In this document: positions 24,151 through 32,000 of the stretch, piece by piece
Layout of the letters: each line of letters opens with the position of its first letter
Numbering within the stretch: position 1 is the stretch's first letter
Assembly: GCF_000186885.1 (NCBI RefSeq)
Contig: NC_014972.1
Location: 90,001-122,000, forward strand
DNA from: Desulfobulbus propionicus DSM 2032
GTDB taxonomy: Bacteria > Desulfobacterota > Desulfobulbia > Desulfobulbales > Desulfobulbaceae
Direction of reading: 5' to 3'
DNA: 32,000 nucleotides
Translations under genes and position numbers: made by a program
Notes under the pieces: generated by a model
Databases searched by the model: none
The model's input: only the letters and a program-made list of their open reading frames with translations
What the model was told of the DNA's origin: nothing

Positions 24151-25165
24151 TACGTTTCGTCGATCGGCCATCAGGGCAGGCGCCGTTCTCTGTGCGCTGG
24201 CGTTTTTGTCCGGATGCGCCAGCGAGTACCGGACCAAGGTCAGCACTGATTTCAAGGAGAAGCCCAAGGTCAGCCAGACGAACATGTCCGGCGCCATCGC
24301 CTGCATGGCCAACACCCTGCAGCACAGCGACACCGCCAGCGCCTACATCCTTTTGGTGCGCGACGTCAAGGACGGCACGGTCAAGGACAGCGACCTGACC
24401 GATGGGCCGCTGTCGGACGCCGGCCGGATCATGCTGCTCAACACCCTGAGCGAGCATCTCTATCCGCACGCCGGCCTGGTACCGGACACCTTTCCCTTCA
24501 TCTACCTGGCAACCGGCCGGGAGGATGTTGGCCTGAACCGGTTCGGCCTGCCGTCGCCGGAGAACATGCAGCAGTTCCTGGGCATCTACGAGCCGATTAT
24601 CCAGGCGGCGCGCAAGAAGAAGAACCTGCCGCCGGTGGGCAACATCGTGCCGCTGGTGATCAGCGCCCAATTTTCCCGCTTCGATTCGGACAACGCCGCC
24701 CAGGACGGCATCGCGCACAATATCGGCACCCGCACCAAGCAGCTGGCGGAAAACGAGGAAGATGACCGCTGGCGCAAGTTCGCCGGCGAGGCGAGCGTGG
24801 GCCTGACCTCCTCGGCCCGGTTGATCTCACTGGTCATCAACCTGATAGACCCGCGCAACAACTTGGTGGTTGCCTCGCAGTCGTTTGACCTGATTTTCTA
24901 CCGCGACAACAAAACCTACCGCCTGCGCGCCGCGCTCGGCGAAGGCTACTACGGGTTCTCCAAGGACAACGTGGTGGTCGAAGGCGTACACAGCGCCCAG
25001 AAGCTGCTCCTCGACGCCGCCGCCCTGTGGATCCTCAACAAGGCCTACGGTGACCAGGAGCGGTTCGCGACCTGCTTCAGCCCGGAGGAACAGCAGGTGA
25101 CCCTGTCACCGGTGGAGTTCCACCAGAAGAAGGAAGAACCGCCCACCGTGGGGAAAACGAAATGA
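24134..25165 (+). CDS. CsgG/HfaB-like outer-membrane lipoprotein (candidate secretion channel)
   Basis: TTG start with GGAGG 6 nt upstream. Lipobox AFLSG|C. Family-like blocks by eye: ILLVRDVKDGT...SDAGRIMLLNTL and LVISAQFSRFDS...LISLVINLIDPRNNLVVASQSF...HSAQKLLLDAAALWILN, compared with E. coli CsgG VSVYNIQDETG...ATAMLVTAL and MVEGSIIGYES...IAVNLRVVNVSTGEIL. Confidence 0.5.
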   Translation: MKTAGNTFRRSAIRAGAVLCALAFLSGCASEYRTKVSTDFKEKPKVSQTNMSGAIACMANTLQHSDTASAYILLVRDVKDGTVKDSDLTDGPLSDAGRIMLLNTLSEHLYPHAGLVPDTFPFIYLATGREDVGLNRFGLPSPENMQQFLGIYEPIIQAARKKKNLPPVGNIVPLVISAQFSRFDSDNAAQDGIAHNIGTRTKQLAENEEDDRWRKFAGEASVGLTSSARLISLVINLIDPRNNLVVASQSFDLIFYRDNKTYRLRAALGEGYYGFSKDNVVVEGVHSAQKLLLDAAALWILNKAYGDQERFATCFSPEEQQVTLSPVEFHQKKEEPPTVGKTK

Positions 25166-25929
25166 TCGGGTGGGGCCACACCTGGTGGATGGCGGCTGTG
25201 GTGGCTCTGCTGCTTTTCGCGGACGAGCCTGCCGCGGCGGACAGCTGGACAGTGACCCAGAAGGCGACGATCGGCAGCCCGACCATCCTGGCCCAGGGCG
25301 ATAACCAGGGATCAACCCAGGCTATCAATGCCATTATGCTCGGGGACGGGGGGACGGTGGTCAAGGCGACGCAGACCGTCGAGGTGGCCGGCGGCCTGAC
25401 CCTCAGCCAGGCCGGGGGCAGCGGCAGCCGCCAGGCCGGCAACCTGGTCGAGGCGGGAACGATCACCGAGGCGTTGCAGACGCTGTCCGCCGGCGCGACA
25501 ACGATTGTGCAGACCACTGCCGGCGACGATAATTGGCAGGCCCTGAACATGGCCAATGCCACCGGAGGCGGTGGCGGTATCGGCTCGATCGGGCAGACCG
25601 CCACGGTCGAGTCGCTCAATTTCGCCCTTGCCGGCGGTGAAGGCAACCGCCAGGCCGGCAACCTCGTGACGGGATCCTCGGCCGGCAGTTCGATAACCCA
25701 GACGCTGACCTGCAGTGGCACGGTGACTTACGCCGACAACTATGTGATCGCCGGAGTGAATAACCTGCAGGCCGGAAACGCGGTGTTCGGGGGCACAAAT
25801 GTCGCCAGTGTGACCCAGGCGTTCACGGCCAACGGTGTGGAGGTGACCGCACCGCCTGAAATCGATGGAGCCAACAACATCAAGGCTGCCAATTACCTGG
25901 AGACGGGCCATGGTTCGCCCGATCCCTGA
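25162..25929 (+). CDS. 255-aa secreted Gln/Asn-ladder repeat protein, short paralogue C
   Basis: The ATG overlaps the CsgG-like stop (ATGA). The N-terminus DSWTVTQKATIGSPTILAQGDNQGSTQAINAI parallels B. Six QAxN/KAAN motifs are spaced 35-39 aa apart. Confidence 0.8.
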   Translation: MIGWGHTWWMAAVVALLLFADEPAAADSWTVTQKATIGSPTILAQGDNQGSTQAINAIMLGDGGTVVKATQTVEVAGGLTLSQAGGSGSRQAGNLVEAGTITEALQTLSAGATTIVQTTAGDDNWQALNMANATGGGGGIGSIGQTATVESLNFALAGGEGNRQAGNLVTGSSAGSSITQTLTCSGTVTYADNYVIAGVNNLQAGNAVFGGTNVASVTQAFTANGVEVTAPPEIDGANNIKAANYLETGHGSPDP

Positions 25930-25999
25930 GCTGCATCCGGTCTGGTCGGCCAAGACTCTCCGTGACACTTCGCCAGACGGCACCAAAGACAGGGGGCTC

Positions 26000-26476
26000 A
26001 TGAACAGACGCTTCCTCCTCCTGATTGTTCTGCTGCTCCTGCTGGCCAGCCAGTCCGTTCTCGCGCAGGAACCGCCGCAATCCCTGCTCGACCGGCAGGT
26101 ACGGTCGGTCTATTACGAGACCGACAGTTACGGCTCGCAGCCGCTGCGAGTCACCTTGGGTGAACTCATCAAGCACGGCCTGTTGCCTGGTGACTGGGAC
26201 CTGGTAGCGGACACGGTGTGGCACTACATCGTCCCCACCGGCGACCACGGAGGTCGTGTGCGCTTCGAGTTCACGGTGATCACCGACCCGCAATGGCGCC
26301 ACCTGTTCACTAACGAAGTAATTGTCACCGGCCTCCAGGTGGGGGGGCGGGACCTCCCCAGGCCGGAAATTTGGGCCGTTCTGCTGCCTTTGGCTGTCGA
26401 GGTGCGCGCCCGGGTACGCCTGCCTGCCGAGTCGCAGGCCTCCACTCTGGCATGGAAGGCGGTACTCAAACCGTAG
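26000..26476 (+). CDS. 158-aa secreted hypothetical protein
   Basis: ATG 26000 is preceded by AGGGGG. Signal peptide MNRRFLLLIVLLLLLASQSVLA|QE. Confidence 0.6.
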   Translation: MNRRFLLLIVLLLLLASQSVLAQEPPQSLLDRQVRSVYYETDSYGSQPLRVTLGELIKHGLLPGDWDLVADTVWHYIVPTGDHGGRVRFEFTVITDPQWRHLFTNEVIVTGLQVGGRDLPRPEIWAVLLPLAVEVRARVRLPAESQASTLAWKAVLKP

Positions 26477-26576
26477 CTTCTGCCACCGCAGTCACTGCCG
26501 CGTCAGGCATCACGAATGCTGACGGCACCTGCAAACTTCAGCCCCGGATGTCTCCGGGTCCTTGTAAGGAATCAGC

Positions 26577-27227
26577 ATGGACAAGAGCGTATTTCTGAAC
26601 AGACGCCGGCCAGAACGGCGCGTGCTCCTCTTCTTCGCCCTGCTTGCCGGCATCCTGGCCGGACCGTTTCAGGGCGAGGCGTCTGCCGCGGATGCGAAGG
26701 GCAATTTCGCGGTGCGCGGCGTTGGCTCGCTGACCTGTCCCCAGCTGGTCAGCTCCCTTACCGCCAAGGACGAACAGGCCAAGCGGGAGTCCATCCTCCT
26801 CTACATAAGTTGGATCGACGGTTATCTCAGCCACGTCAATCGGGGCGAGTCCGCTACCTTTGACATTGTCCCCTTCGTGCAAACCCAGGACATGCTGGCT
26901 GTGGTGCTCACCCAATGCCAGACGCGCCAGGACGTCCTGGTGGAAACGGTCCTCCTCCAGACCCTCGGCGCACTGGCACCGGCCCGGGTGCACACCGATT
27001 CACCCGTGGTCGCGGTGCGTGTGGGTAAACGCGAAGGCAACCTGCGCAAGGAAACCATTCTAGCCATTCAGAACAAGCTGATCGAACGAAATCTGTTCAA
27101 GGGAAGCGCCAAAGGAGAGTTCAACGACGCTTCGCGCAAGGCCCTGGCCGCTTTTCAGAAGTCGGTCAAGCTCGATGGAACCGGGTTCCCGGACGTCGAC
27201 ACCATTATTCGGCTGCTGCTCTCCTGA
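26577..27227 (+). CDS. Secreted protein with a C-terminal peptidoglycan-binding (PG_binding_1-like) domain
   Basis: AAGGA SD. Signal peptide ...LLAGILAGPFQGEASA. C-terminus ILAIQNKLIERNLFKGSAKGEFNDASRKALAAFQKSVKLDGTGFPDVDTIIRLL is typical of PG-binding repeats. Confidence 0.7.
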   Translation: MDKSVFLNRRRPERRVLLFFALLAGILAGPFQGEASAADAKGNFAVRGVGSLTCPQLVSSLTAKDEQAKRESILLYISWIDGYLSHVNRGESATFDIVPFVQTQDMLAVVLTQCQTRQDVLVETVLLQTLGALAPARVHTDSPVVAVRVGKREGNLRKETILAIQNKLIERNLFKGSAKGEFNDASRKALAAFQKSVKLDGTGFPDVDTIIRLLLS

Positions 27228-27306
27228 TTTCCCGCACCAAACTCCCCTGCCCCTCCGTCCAGCTGGTGGGGCCACCTGTCACAACCCATCTATCAAGCAT
27301 AGAAAC

Positions 27307-27804
27307 ATGAGAAATAATCTGCCCTGCGCCGGCGTCCTGATGGCCGCCATCGGACTCCTGATGGTAACCGTCTTGGTAGACGTGCAGGCCGACCCTCGCA
27401 CGCGGACTATCGAGCGCGCCGAGAGCTACCGCCTCCGTGCCGAGGCCGGCGACGTCGATGCGCAGACCGAATACGGTTTTCTGCTGCTGGAAGGCATTTC
27501 GGTGGATAAAGATACACGTCAGGGGCTGCAGTTGCTGAAAAAGGCGGCTCGAAGGGGTTCGACCCGGGCCGCAAAACTGCTGGAACGACTGGAGGCGACC
27601 GGGCGCTACAAAGGGGCGGGTACTCAAACGCCGGCCCAGGTCGAGACCCCGGTCCAGGATATTTTGGCAGACGATTGCTGTGATGCTCCGGGGCAGGGCG
27701 CCAGTCTGAACGACCTTCAGCGCCAGGCCGAGCAGGGACTGGTACCGCGGCCATCGGTCCGTGAACAGCGACCTTGGCGGCCGCTGGCAGACCGCAACGA
27801 GTAG
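27307..27804 (+). CDS. Secreted or anchored Sel1-like repeat protein
   Basis: Hydrophobic N-terminus GVLMAAIGLLMVTVLV. AEAGDVDAQTEYGFLLLEGISVDKDTRQGLQLLKKAARRGSTRA resembles a Sel1/TPR-like repeat. Confidence 0.6.
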   Translation: MRNNLPCAGVLMAAIGLLMVTVLVDVQADPRTRTIERAESYRLRAEAGDVDAQTEYGFLLLEGISVDKDTRQGLQLLKKAARRGSTRAAKLLERLEATGRYKGAGTQTPAQVETPVQDILADDCCDAPGQGASLNDLQRQAEQGLVPRPSVREQRPWRPLADRNE

Positions 27805-27939
27805 GACAACGCTTGGAAATCCATTCTCCTACGTGTGCCGGCCAACAAAAGGAGATAGTTAGCAGGCTCTTTCAGGTATGAATGGCTTCACTTTTCTGGC
27901 TGACAAGAACAAAAACCATGTTTGAAATGCTACAGCCTC

Positions 27940-28425
27940 GGGGATGACCCGCGCAACGTGGCCCGGTATAGGCAGCAGTACGGTCAGCGAGTATCTGCAG
28001 CGTGTCCGGATGGCCGGGCTCGCCTGACCTCTCCCGCAGGGGTTCTCCGACCGGGCCCTGAAACAGCTGCTCTTCCTGTGCCCATGCCGCGCGAAACTGC
28101 CTGCTTACTCTGATTTGCACCAGATCCACAAAGAGCTGCAATCACGGCGGGGCGTGACCCTCAACCTGCTGTTCTGAACAACTGGTTCTGCTCGCCCTGT
28201 AGCCGCTTCCTTCCGTGTCCTGCGAGCTGGCCCGCTGGAAAAAGCCCACGGTCTAGCTCGATTACCATGTAGAGGTTGAGGGCTACTACTACTCCGTGCC
28301 CTACCGGCTGGTGAAGAAACAGGTGGACATCCAGTACACCGCCACCACCGTGGAGTGCCTGTGTCGGGGCGAACGGGTGGCCCGATTCGCCCGTGGTCGC
28401 GGCTTTTGCCGGTAAACTCAAAGGG
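27940..28425 (+). pseudogene. IS21-family istA transposase relic (frameshifts, stops, catalytic core deleted)
   Basis: Fragments across frames: GIGSSTVSEYLQRVRMAGL.WPLPQGFSDRALKQLLF, IHKELQSRRGVTLNLL and SCELARWKK, then a direct jump to DYHVEVEGYYYSVPYRLVKKQVDIQYTATTVECLCRGERVARFAR (IstA C-terminus). There is no istB. Confidence 0.7.
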
Positions 28426-28442
28426 ACAAGCTGCGACAGGCA

Positions 28443-28615
28443 ACCGTGGTGGCTCTCCAGAACAAGCTGATCGATTGCATTCTGCTCAAAGAGAGCACTC
28501 CGGCGGATTCAAAGATGCCCGCGCGTGGTCCTGGCCGCGTTGCAGAAATGGGTCAAGTACGACGGGACTGGGTTCCCGGACGTCGATACGATCAAGCGGC
28601 TGCTACTTCCCGGGT
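28443..28615 (+). pseudogene. Frameshifted duplicate of the PG-binding C-terminal domain of 26577-27227
   Basis: DNA blocks CAGAACAAGCTGATCGA and GGTTCCCGGACGTCGA are shared with 27070-27210. Peptides LQNKLIDCILLKE and (other frame) FKDARAVVLAALQKWVKYDGTGFPDVDTIKRLLL. Confidence 0.7.
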
Positions 28616-28770
28616 CTTTCCAATCTTGCTGTCGACCTCCCGAAGCGGTACCGGTCCGTTGCGCACCGACTGGACCGGAAAGGCGACAGTTTCTTGCCAC
28701 CCTTTCCCGCCACGTATAACGATCGGCGCATCTTAAAAAAATCTAGTTCATCCGGATATTACCACTCCTT

Positions 28771-28923
28771 CTAGCAGACTGTCGGACTTTCGGGAGCGAG
28801 GATCCGTAATGCACTGATTTTAGGTGTTTTTGTGTTTTCACCCCGCCCTAAAGCCAAACCGCAAAATAACGGAAACACGGTTAGTTGCAATACTTGACAG
28901 GCCAAAGCCCGACAGACTGCTAG
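28771..28923. repeat. 15-bp inverted repeat pair flanking a 123-bp lower-GC segment
   Basis: CTAGCAGACTGTCGG (28771-28785) versus CCGACAGACTGCTAG (28909-28923), 14 of 15 complementary. CCACTCC occurs just outside both arms (28762-28768 and 28934-28940). Confidence 0.5.
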
Positions 28924-29040
28924 CATCCATTAGCCACTCCCTGTTCTTTTGCCAAATGACAATGACCAAATAAAAAGCGCCGCAGTCCCCCATCAGCCGA
29001 GCATGTCGACCTGTTTCTGCACGGTCGCCTTGATTACACC

Positions 29041-29271
29041 AAGAAGATCAAAGTCTGCGGGCCGGGATGTGCCGCCAGCGACAAGACCATGCGGGTCGTC
29101 TAGGCGGCTCTGGCCGCCATGGGCGTTGACGTTACGGTGACCAAGGTGCAGGACTTTCAGGAATTTGTCTGATTGGGCGTTTTCACCACCTCGGCTGTGG
29201 TGATCGACGGCCAAGTCAGGTGTACTGGCCGGGTCCCGAAGCAGAGCGAAGTGGAGCGGTGGATCGGCTGA
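29041..29271 (+). pseudogene. Relic of a small thioredoxin-fold 'redox-active disulfide protein 2'-like gene
   Basis: A single frame reads KKIKVCGPGCAASDKTMRVV*AALAAMGVDVTVTKVQDFQEFV*LGVFTTSAVVIDGQVRCTGRVPKQSEVERWIG. It has no start codon, in-frame TAG and TGA, and the CxxC second Cys is replaced by Ser. Confidence 0.55.
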
Positions 29272-29308
29272 CAGAGTCTTTCAACGGGCCGGGTGTCGGG
29301 ATCGGCTG

Positions 29309-29977
29309 TCAGTGGGGGAAGAGCGTCTCGGCAGCGGCGATGACCTGGCCACTGGTAAAATCGTCCAGACCGCGGATGACCGTGTTGCAGGTTTCGTGCA
29401 TCGCCTCGAGAAAACCGACGACGCTGTCACCATGAACCGCGATCAGGGCTCTCTGCACCTGAGGACAGAGGTAGTGGAGGCAGCGGGGTGACTTGAACAG
29501 CCTAAGGGAGCAGCCGCTTTCGGTGAGGCAGTGACAAGGACCCGGCGCCGGGATCATTCCCTGGCCCAGGGCATTGTCGTGCTCACGCCTTTGCAGGCCG
29601 GTGAGCACATGGGCCAGGTGGAGCGCGTCCTGCGTCGGCTGGGAAATGAGGATATCGGCCAGGGAGAGCAGGACGTGGTGTTCCCCGGTGCAGCAGCCCA
29701 CCGGCGGCCGGTCGCACTGGTCGGCACAGAGCGTGCGGATCGTCGCCTCCTGTTCCTGGATGACGTCTAACTGGCGCACGTAGAGGGAATAGCCGATGGC
29801 CGCACGGCGGATGGTGTCCGGCAGCGTGCCGAGGTGACCGCTCAGCCGTTCGATTTGGTAACCGACCTGATCGTCTTCGAGAAAGGGGCAGGGAGCGACG
29901 GCCAGAAACTCGATGTCCGGCTGCACATGCCGGGTTGAATCCTCGGGCAGACTCTTCAGAAAGGTGTCGATGGGCAT
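29309..29977 (-). CDS. Cys-rich protein, possibly of the YkgJ-type CxxCxxCC zinc/iron-chelating family
   Basis: C-ADQ-C-DRPPVG-CC followed later by GPCHCLTESGCSLRLFKSPRCLHYLC, which resembles the family pattern. Weak, by eye. Confidence 0.45.
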   Translation of the reverse strand: MPIDTFLKSLPEDSTRHVQPDIEFLAVAPCPFLEDDQVGYQIERLSGHLGTLPDTIRRAAIGYSLYVRQLDVIQEQEATIRTLCADQCDRPPVGCCTGEHHVLLSLADILISQPTQDALHLAHVLTGLQRREHDNALGQGMIPAPGPCHCLTESGCSLRLFKSPRCLHYLCPQVQRALIAVHGDSVVGFLEAMHETCNTVIRGLDDFTSGQVIAAAETLFPH

Positions 29978-30044
29978 GGGGCCTCCTGCGGTGTTGAGGG
30001 GCCAGTCTCCAGCGGCGGACAGAAATGTCGGAACCCTTCTTTCC

Positions 30045-30464
30045 TCAGGCGCTGAACACGGTGGCGTGCCGGGTCCAACCGGCCGGGCTGTCGGTTTCGT
30101 AGAGCCCGCGTTGGCCCCAGCCGTTTTTTTTTGCCAGCACCGTGCGGATCACCCCGGCATCACTTCGGATTTGGCCCCTGCTGGCCAGGATGACCGCGGT
30201 GTCGATGTCACTCACCAGCGGCGAGGCGACCCGGGCGGTGCTGTTCTGCCAGTCGCGGAAACGAGTCCACCCATCGGACTGTTCGAGCACTTCGATGGGA
30301 TAGCCCCCAGGCACGACCAGCATGACCCTGGCCTGCCGGCTCGGGCCGGAACGGATGCAGGTGCCGTACCTGGCGATGTTCTGGGCAGGGGCGGACTGGG
30401 CGGAGAGAAGCAGAAACTGGCCAAGGCCGGTGCGGAACAAACAGGATAGGCCGGTGGTCGTCAT
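30045..30464 (-). CDS. Secreted bacterial SH3-domain protein
   Basis: AGGAG lies upstream of the ATG at 30464. Signal peptide MTTTGLSCLFRTGLGQFLLLSAQSAPA. Two SH3_3-like segments (ARVMLVVPGGYPIEVLEQSDGWTRFRD; VIRTVLAKKNGWGQ). Confidence 0.6.
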   Translation of the reverse strand: MTTTGLSCLFRTGLGQFLLLSAQSAPAQNIARYGTCIRSGPSRQARVMLVVPGGYPIEVLEQSDGWTRFRDWQNSTARVASPLVSDIDTAVILASRGQIRSDAGVIRTVLAKKNGWGQRGLYETDSPAGWTRHATVFSA

Positions 30465-30991
30465 GATGCGCTCCTGTCGCAGAGGGGGCGGCATGTCGGG
30501 ATCTGGTGCGGTCGCCCAAGGTGACGAGGTTGCCCCGGCTGTGAGGTTGTTCCGCCCGGTGACAGGCCACTACCCACCTGAAGCAACTTTCGGGCCGGAA
30601 ACCGGCCTCGCTGCCGGTGGCCGGTGTCAACCTACTGTTCACAGGTCGTTTTCACTGGTTGCCAGGGAGAGGCACCACCGTGGTCGGGCCGGCAGCGGGC
30701 CGTCCACCGTCCTGCCCGGCGGGAAAATTCCTGCGCCACGCCACAGGTCGACCCGGTGCATCGGGGCGTCCTGGAGCCGGATGCGGCGGTTCTTCTTCCC
30801 TTGCCCGGGTGTGCGGCATAGGCAACCACCCCTGCCCGAAAAAAAGAAGGAGGGCTGACAGGACTCGCCTAGGTCGAGCGGAGCGGCTAAACGGCTGAAG
30901 AGAATAGCGTAAAACGATAAACGGGCCAGTTGCTATGGCAATTCATGGCCCGTTTGATGGCGGTGGGGGAGGGTTCGTCGGCGGTCGGAAC

Positions 30992-31174
30992 TCAGTCTAT
31001 GAGAATATTGTAGAGGACCACGACGGCGATGCAGACGAGGGAAGCGGCGTAGGTCAGCCAGAAGATGCCGGCGTCCGTCAGGTAGCGGCTTGGCCAAAAC
31101 CTGCTCCTATGGCGTGGACGGCCACCAAGACTCTGGTCAAAAGAATCTATCTGATTTTCCTGGGATGTCATCAT
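30992..31174 (-). CDS. 60-aa C-terminally TM-anchored hypothetical protein
   Basis: AGGAG lies 7 nt upstream of the ATGATG at 31174. TM GIFWLTYAASLVCIAVVVLYNIL. A hairpin AAACGGGCCA/TGGCCCGTTT (30919-30955) lies downstream. Confidence 0.4.
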   Translation of the reverse strand: MMTSQENQIDSFDQSLGGRPRHRSRFWPSRYLTDAGIFWLTYAASLVCIAVVVLYNILID

Positions 31175-31522
31175 GACGTGATCTCCTGGGAAGGGCTGGA
31201 GGTGCCGAGCGAGTTTTTCCGGGTTCGCCGGGCAAGTCCTGGAGGGAGGGGCAGGCGGAAACATTCCGCCCGCCCCCTTGTTTCATTCCGAAAACGCACT
31301 CTCTCAGAGTACTCCTCAACAAGCCAGTATTGTGCCAGGCCGGAATAAAAATTTTTATCCTGTTTTTTCAAGGAGATATCGCTCAGCCTGCGCTGCCTTG
31401 GACCGGATAAACTGTCTAAATGCGAGAGGTTCCCGTTCGCCAATGGTGAAAGCTCTCAATTTGAGACGAAAGAACCGCGAATCATTGCGGCGCGGCTGTT
31501 GTTCAACATGCCCCGGCAGCTG

Positions 31523-32000
31523 TCAGGTGGCCTGGGGACAATTCGCCCGCACCTGGTCGCGGCCACTCTGCTTGGCCAGGTAGAGCAGCCGGTCGGCCTG
31601 CTCGACCAGTTCTTCCGGAGTAGCCGGTCGGCCGGTGCAATAGGACTCCGCGCCGATGCTGACCGTGTTCATGTGGCTGATCGCTCCCTGCCGGACTTGG
31701 TGAGTCCGGCACTCTACAAGGATGCGCTCGGCGAGGACGCAGGACTCGCGCAGGTCGGTTCGCGGCAGGAGCACCACGAATTCCTCGCCACCGTAACGGA
31801 AGGCTAGGTCACAATCACGGATCGTCTGTTGGAGCCGGACGGCGAACGCCCGCAGCACCAGATCGCCGAAGGCATGGCCATACGTATCGTTGACCTGCTT
31901 GAAGTGGTCAAGGTCGAGCAGCAGCAGGGAAAAATCGGTGCCGTAGCGCTTGCTTTGCCGGAACTCGTGTTCAAGGGCATGCTGGAATGGCCGCCGGTTG
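31523..32000 (-). CDS. GGDEF-domain diguanylate cyclase, C-terminal part (the N-terminus lies beyond the window end)
   Basis: The frame is open to the window edge. LLLLDLDHFKQVNDTYGHAFGD...RYGGEEFVVLL...SIGA...LLYLAKQSGRDQV. Confidence 0.85.
   Translation of the reverse strand, partial: NRRPFQHALEHEFRQSKRYGTDFSLLLLDLDHFKQVNDTYGHAFGDLVLRAFAVRLQQTIRDCDLAFRYGGEEFVVLLPRTDLRESCVLAERILVECRTHQVRQGAISHMNTVSIGAESYCTGRPATPEELVEQADRLLYLAKQSGRDQVRANCPQAT

Noticed and set aside
29933-29950. GGTTGAATCCTCGGGCAG as a possible attR copy of the tRNA-Arg 3' end
   Set aside because: Only about 11 nt resemble GGTTCGAATCCTGCCTGG, it lies inside a coding region, and the acceptor-stem part is absent. It is most likely chance.
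1-32000. CRISPR arrays, rRNA genes, additional tRNAs
   Set aside because: No regularly spaced short direct repeats and no rRNA-like or further cloverleaf-forming segments were noticed on reading through. A tRNAscan or CRISPR-finder run would be needed to exclude them formally.

Overview
This is a high-GC (roughly 60%) bacterial chromosomal window with Gram-negative hallmarks: an LptF/G permease, lipoprotein signal peptides and sigma-54-type promoters. The gene content loosely suggests a delta-proteobacterial or Desulfobulbales-like genome, but that is only a guess. nt 1-8366 is ordinary housekeeping: a PaaK-like ligase tail, an FkpA-like PPIase, a 53-aa Lys-rich Cys4 microprotein, an activase/dehydratase-like pair coupled to an LptF/G permease, a DHH phosphoesterase and two tandem ADP-glucose pyrophosphorylase paralogues. 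A tRNA-Arg(CCT) at 8474-8550 followed by a tyrosine integrase marks the left edge of an accessory island. The island decays by about 28-29.3 kb, where there is an internally deleted IS21 istA relic, a duplicated gene fragment and a thioredoxin-like relic. I found no attR. Two island modules stand out. (1) A five-gene minus-strand operon with overlapping or near-abutting genes (9886-14468) encodes a truncated NusA-like protein, a soluble TraD/VirD4/HerA-like P-loop ATPase, a membrane-anchored HD-domain protein, a polytopic membrane protein and a 116-aa protein. It could be a novel defence-type system or an orphan MOBH-like mobilisation module. (2) An ~11-kb plus-strand locus (16.6-27.8 kb) starts with a SAM methyltransferase. 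It continues with a tandemly duplicated unit of tiny tail-anchored protein, sigma-54 promoter and large secreted Gln/Asn-ladder repeat protein. It ends with a secreted 147-aa protein, a CsgG-like lipoprotein translationally coupled to a third, shorter repeat protein, and three more secreted proteins. I read this as a curli/holdfast-like fibre secretion system with an unrecognised ~38-aa repeat subunit family. All homology calls are motif recognition by eye; no searches were run.
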